This document shows positions 52,010 to 53,968 of a DNA stretch of 53,968 bases, in pieces. The notes under the pieces were generated by a model. That model had not been told where the DNA came from. It saw only the letters and a program-made list of their open reading frames with translations, and searched no databases. How positions within the stretch are numbered: the first letter of the stretch is position 1; each line of letters starts with the position of its first letter. Made by a program: the position numbers and the translations under genes. Source of the stretch: a virus. Lineage: Duplodnaviria > Caudoviricetes. The stretch spans positions 1-53,968 of the IMG/VR virus record IMGVR_UViG_3300049020_000042. One strand, 5' to 3'.

Positions 52010-52492
52010 ATGACTAAAAAGCCCGTCTCACCGTTATTTCCATCCAAGAGCGCAAAAGCGAGAGTCAAGGACGCTTTACCCGTACCTACTACCTGTCATC
52101 TGTGTAATGGTCGGGTGGAAATGATCTGCAACTCAAAGATCTATGGTCAGATGTACGGTATATGGCCTTGGGCTTATCGGTGCACTGAATGTAAGGCCTA
52201 TGTGGGTATTCATGAATACACGGATATTCCCCTAGGTACCCTCGCCAATTACGAGATGAGGGAAGCCAGAAAGCACGCTAAGAAGTTATTCAATCCCTTG
52301 TGGCAAGGGGGTGAAATGACTAGAAGCGAGGCATATCAATGGTTGGCGGAACAACTACAAATACCAGCTAGTGAATGTCATATTGCGATGTTTGATGTTG
52401 ATCGTTGTAATGCTGCGATCCATTGCATCGTAAATCGCAAAGAGAAAACCTACACACTTGATGACTTAGCGGCAAAATTTTCCCGTAGATGA
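52010..52492 (+). CDS. zinc-finger protein (DUF3268-like)
   Basis: CHLC, CTECKAYVGIH, PLGTLA, AYQWLA and CHIAMFD. Confidence 0.85.
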   Translation: MTKKPVSPLFPSKSAKARVKDALPVPTTCHLCNGRVEMICNSKIYGQMYGIWPWAYRCTECKAYVGIHEYTDIPLGTLANYEMREARKHAKKLFNPLWQGGEMTRSEAYQWLAEQLQIPASECHIAMFDVDRCNAAIHCIVNRKEKTYTLDDLAAKFSRR

Positions 52493-52493
52493 G

Positions 52494-52522
52494 TTGACCT
52501 TTTCGTTCATTTGGTGTATAAT
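52494..52522 (+). promoter_or_regulatory. sigma70 promoter
   Basis: TTGACC-17-TATAAT. Confidence 0.8.
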
Positions 52523-52551
52523 ATCAACATCAACGGAACAAGGAGAACAAC

Positions 52552-52839
52552 ATGTCGCAAGGAAAATACAGCCCAGTACTCGTCGTTAAGCCCCGCAATT
52601 TCAATTGCTACGGCAAGGTTCCAGCTCCTTGGTCCTTGGAATTGGAGAAGGCTGGCGTGGTTTATGACGAAAAGACTATGTTCGCCGATTTCGATGATGA
52701 AGGATATGATTCCTACGGTTATTCCAGCTTTGACTCAGGGGGTAATTTTGTGGGGTTTGGTCAAGGCGTCGATCGCCAAGGTTACACGGAACTGGATTAT
52801 CTGCGCATGAGCCCAGAAGAGTTCCATGACTGCTACTAA
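52552..52839 (+). CDS. hypothetical protein
   Basis: MSQGKYSP, FDDEGYDSYGY; AAGGAG RBS. Confidence 0.75.
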   Translation: MSQGKYSPVLVVKPRNFNCYGKVPAPWSLELEKAGVVYDEKTMFADFDDEGYDSYGYSSFDSGGNFVGFGQGVDRQGYTELDYLRMSPEEFHDCY

Positions 52840-53065
52840 ATTGCCTGGAACAATTATGACACTCGAACGCAAGATCAAGATCGAAATGGAAATCTGGTGT
52901 TCAACACCACTGGAATTCCATAACCTAATGGCAGACCTGCAAAGTGCTGATCTTTGCCATTATGTCAATGGCAAAGATGGTGGTTATGGCTTTGAAGTCA
53001 AGACCGAACAGTTTGATGAAACCACGATTCGCAAGGCACTCGGGTTTAAGAAGTCTCAGGTTTGA
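52826..53065 (+). CDS. hypothetical protein
   Basis: Overlapping coupled ORF. Confidence 0.55.
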   Translation: MTATKLPGTIMTLERKIKIEMEIWCSTPLEFHNLMADLQSADLCHYVNGKDGGYGFEVKTEQFDETTIRKALGFKKSQV

Positions 53066-53666
53066 CCTGGTACGATTGTTCCAACTGAGTCAACAAGGTA
53101 TCAAGAATTATAATCGCCAGCTCTTCGTTGTTAATACCTCTGTTGCTTTGAGATTTAAACCAGATCTGCTCACCGAAATTATTTTTGGTCATCCTCAGGG
53201 AGTTTGAACTTGGCCAACCTTGAAAAGGATTGTAGTTTTCCTTTTCAAGGTTTTCATCATTGAACACCTTGTATTCTTCCCAAGGAATATAGGTGATCGA
53301 CTGCATCTCAAGAAAAGGTTCAACCTTTGCATGTCTCGTTGATTGATCGTCACTCATGATTGTGTACATGATGTGAGTATTTTTTAGAGATGGGAACTTG
53401 ATATAGAACGCATTCTGAATGTCAATCAGATGTTCGAATGGCACATCCACGTAATCAAGATCTCGATACTTGCCAATTTGAATCAATGATTGAAGCTCCG
53501 GATCCAGGCATTCCACCTCTTTGGTTATGATATCGAAAATCACACCCAAGGCAATATCACCATCGTGAATTCTATCCTCGATGGGCTTCAGGTTGTAGGC
53601 CAAGATGGCGTCATCGAGTTTCTTTTTATTTGAGACAGCTTTTAACCGTTCGTTGAAGGTGCGCAT
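53046..53666 (-). CDS. hypothetical protein
   Basis: 206-aa ORF with promoter in the upstream palindrome. Confidence 0.65.
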   Translation of the reverse strand: MRTFNERLKAVSNKKKLDDAILAYNLKPIEDRIHDGDIALGVIFDIITKEVECLDPELQSLIQIGKYRDLDYVDVPFEHLIDIQNAFYIKFPSLKNTHIMYTIMSDDQSTRHAKVEPFLEMQSITYIPWEEYKVFNDENLEKENYNPFQGWPSSNSLRMTKNNFGEQIWFKSQSNRGINNEELAIIILDTLLTQLEQSYQVKPETS

Positions 53667-53670
53667 TGCT

Positions 53671-53733
53671 TTGACTTTATTTCATTTGATGCCATAATGG
53701 TACCATTATGGCATCTTCCCCGAAAGAGAACAA
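53671..53733. promoter_or_regulatory. symmetric bidirectional promoter built on a 28-bp perfect palindrome
   Basis: GATGCCATAATGGT|ACCATTATGGCATC; TTGACT-16-CATAAT (+) and TTGTTC-17-CATAAT (-). Confidence 0.6.
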
Positions 53734-53735
53734 CA

Positions 53736-53968
53736 ATGACAGATTCAGATTTGGTGGAAATAAAGCTCACACAAGCAATTACGAAGGAATTTGCTATTGC
53801 CTTTCTGGAGGTTTTCTTCATCCTGAATCCCTTAATCAGAACCAAAACTTCCTTGCAAATGCGAGCAGCCCGTGACAGAGATATGGACCGGCTTGTTAAA
53901 TGGGACATTGACAACTGGTTTACTGACGAAGAAATGAAAGGTTTGAGTTTGGTTGGAGTGACGGAAAA
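53736..53968 (+). CDS. 5' part of hypothetical protein (runs off window)
   Basis: ATG 53736 opens a stop-free frame (MTDSDLVEIK...) to the window end. Confidence 0.6.
   Translation, partial: MTDSDLVEIKLTQAITKEFAIAFLEVFFILNPLIRTKTSLQMRAARDRDMDRLVKWDIDNWFTDEEMKGLSLVGVTE

Noticed and set aside
1-53968. Stop-codon reassignment, tRNA genes, DGR or retron
   Set aside because: Conserved genes are full length in the standard code with TAA, TGA and TAG stops; no cloverleaf or reverse transcriptase seen.

Overview
This 54-kb window comes from a large T4-superfamily myovirus (jumbo-phage type; the gene set resembles Rak2/GAP32/XacN1-like giants). It uses the standard genetic code and I saw no tRNA, rRNA or CRISPR array. 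The left part (+ strand, ~0-27 kb) carries a 7-deazaguanine DNA-modification pathway (QueD-like/DpdL candidate, GT-B glycosyltransferase, FolE, purine PRTase, QueE; QueD sits 40 kb away), an inserted Asp-box tail-fibre cassette, RNase H, CYTH, glutaredoxin, a MoxR/vWA-zincin pair, ClpP, a Pnkp-like phosphatase, DHFR and ThyA. The middle (- strand, ~27-43 kb) is a virion module: gp4-like nuclease, tube-fold protein, tail tube, sheath, gp15/gp14/gp13-like neck and terminator proteins, dNMP kinase, M15 endolysin and an HNH homing endonuclease. The right part is mostly small accessory genes. T4-like TAAATA late promoters and sigma70/extended -10 promoters are both readable. Best leads: (1) deazaguanine genes with a DpdL-like protein and a glycosyltransferase but no QueC in view, suggesting an undescribed glycosylated base; (2) about 19 divergent small proteins sharing one C-terminal motif, two flanking clpP; (3) a ~275-nt structured ncRNA candidate between tube and sheath genes; (4) two hairpin-less tail-tube paralogues inside the modification cluster; (5) a folE leader with three AYGAG-loop hairpins; (6) a two-copy iteron-like element; (7) a recoded duplicate of a gene 5' end left by an HNH insertion. 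All family calls are by motif recognition only; no searches were run.
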